Below are positions 62,456 to 64,000 of a stretch of 64,000 nt of DNA, piece by piece. This DNA is from Mobula hypostoma (Eukaryota). Under the pieces are notes generated by a model. The model made no database searches. It was given only the letters and a program-made list of their open reading frames with translations, and was not told where the DNA came from. A program made the translations under genes and the position numbers. Each line of letters opens with the position of its first letter. Within the stretch, counting starts at the first letter, position 1. Location of the stretch: the NCBI RefSeq assembly GCF_963921235.1, contig NC_086101.1:2916001-2980000 (forward strand), in the 5' to 3' direction.

Positions 62456-62976
62456 CTGGGGACAGAAAGACAGACACCATTAAACCTCAGTTCACTGATC
62501 CATTCCATGGTCAGAAACCCACAACCAGAACCTTTGTGTCTGGAAACTGGAACTCCCTCCTCCCCTCTCTCAGTCCAGCCCCTGTCCAGTCGGGTCCTGG
62601 CGCATGTTCTCGATTCCAAGCAGTCCCCGCTTCACACCCGACTCTAGGAGATGATATGACTAGAACACAGGAGCAAAAGTAGGCCATTCAGCCCATCAGG
62701 TCTGCTCTGCCATTCCACTGTGGCTGATTCATTGTCCCTCTCAATCCCATTCTCCTGCCTTCTCACTGTAACCTTTGACACCCTGGATAACCAAGAACCG
62801 ATAACCTCCGCTTTAAATACTCCCAATGACTTGGCCTCCACAGCCGTCTCAGGCAATGAATTTCACAGATTCTCCACCCACTGGCTAATGAAATTCCTCA
62901 TCTCTGTCCTAAATGGACACCCCCATATCCTGAGACTCCCCCAGTATTGGAAACACATCCACTGTGTCCCACTCAC

Positions 62977-63237
62977 TGCTGGCTGGGTTGAAGTCGACAG
63001 AGACTGGGAGACTGATCTGCCGACTGCAGCAATCTTCAGCAATGCAGTTGTCGATGTGGCCACTCAGCCCATCGTCCTGCAGGACCAGCAGGGCTCCATG
63101 GAAGGTGTCGTTTCCAACAGCAGCGTCTGTCTGCCTTTCCCACCGATAGGTGATCTGTCTGCTTCCGAGAGCCGTGCAGTTCAGCGTGACGTGGGAGGCA
63201 TTCCTGCTGATCTCCACTATTGGCTCAGACACCGGCT
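62977..63237 (-). CDS. C2-type immunoglobulin-domain exon of a CD2/SLAM/HEPACAM-like membrane protein
   Basis: ctggcag|AG ... A|gtgagt, phase 1-1, 261 nt; EPVSEPIVEI..VTLNCTALGSRQITYRW..NCIAED..SLPVSV with B-strand Cys, C-strand Trp and F-strand Cys. Confidence 0.75.
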
Positions 63238-64000
63238 CTGCCAGGAGAGATTTCATTATGAATTAACATTAAATTCTTGAAAACATTCCCCTCAACAAAC
63301 CCCCCACAACCAAATCCACTCCACCCCCATAGATTTTACCCGTCACCCACACACTGGGGAAAGATTCAGTCAGGTGCTGGTCGAGGTTCTTTAACATTGT
63401 TACAGCCGGGAGAGCGGGTAGTGAGGATACAAACTCCACAATTTATTAAATGCTCCCAATGGCGTGTCTCAAATAGCCTCTGACAACCAAGTCCAGCTCC
63501 TGACTCTCACGTACACCTCAGCGATTAAACCCAGCAGGATCATTTCTGCTCACAGAAGGGCCAAAGGCCAGTTACTGTCACCTTCAAGCGGGTTGCTTTG
63601 GGCAGATGGGGCTCCTCAGCTGTGACTGGCAGCTCACGTCGGAGAAGGAAAACTCTGATCTCAAACCCACTCATGGGAAAGGCTTCAGGAGTAAATCCCA
63701 AGGAGAAATCCGGAACCGGATTGTATCTTCAGTTCAACGCTGACTGGCAACTCCAGCGAGGCCGCGGGTGTCAGACTGTTTCAGTCTCTGCCGTGCCTTC
63801 GGATTCATCAGCTGATGGTGAGAGGGAGCCTGCGGCATGGACGACAGCTTGGTCTCCGTATTGTAATGGTGTGGCTGGTGTATTCATAGACAGCTGGTCG
63901 ACCCCGATCAACAGAGGGACTCTGTCTCTCCCTCCTCTTCATGGGGTTGAGGGGAGGAAACTGGGACAACAATTGCAAGTGGGGACGGGGCAGTGGGAGC

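Overview
Repeat-rich vertebrate genomic DNA, not prokaryotic. The mix of CR1, Rex1/Babar, Penelope, L1-like and tRNA-SINE elements suggests a cartilaginous fish, probably a ray (inference). Three genes were reconstructed by hand. (1) The 5' seven coding exons of VPS52 on the minus strand (ATG at 29346; the gene runs off the left edge), including a U12-type intron. (2) A complete GPANK1 CDS on the plus strand (3 coding exons, 351 aa), head-to-head with VPS52 across a CpG-rich promoter with a ZNF143-type motif. (3) The 3' part of an Ig-superfamily type-I membrane gene (CD2/SLAM/HEPACAM-like) on the minus strand, plus a partial duplicate of its last exons. VPS52 and GPANK1 are both MHC-linked in mammals. 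Main observations: a GPANK1 intron that consists almost entirely of a CR1 3' fragment (candidate retrotransposon-made intron); a Penelope-like family carrying minimal hammerhead ribozymes, including two fold-back insertions with target-site duplications; a 99-bp tandem array that multiplies a VPS52 splice acceptor; and an orphan promoter near 56.5 kb. Transposon boundaries are approximate, and family names come from motif recognition, not database searches.
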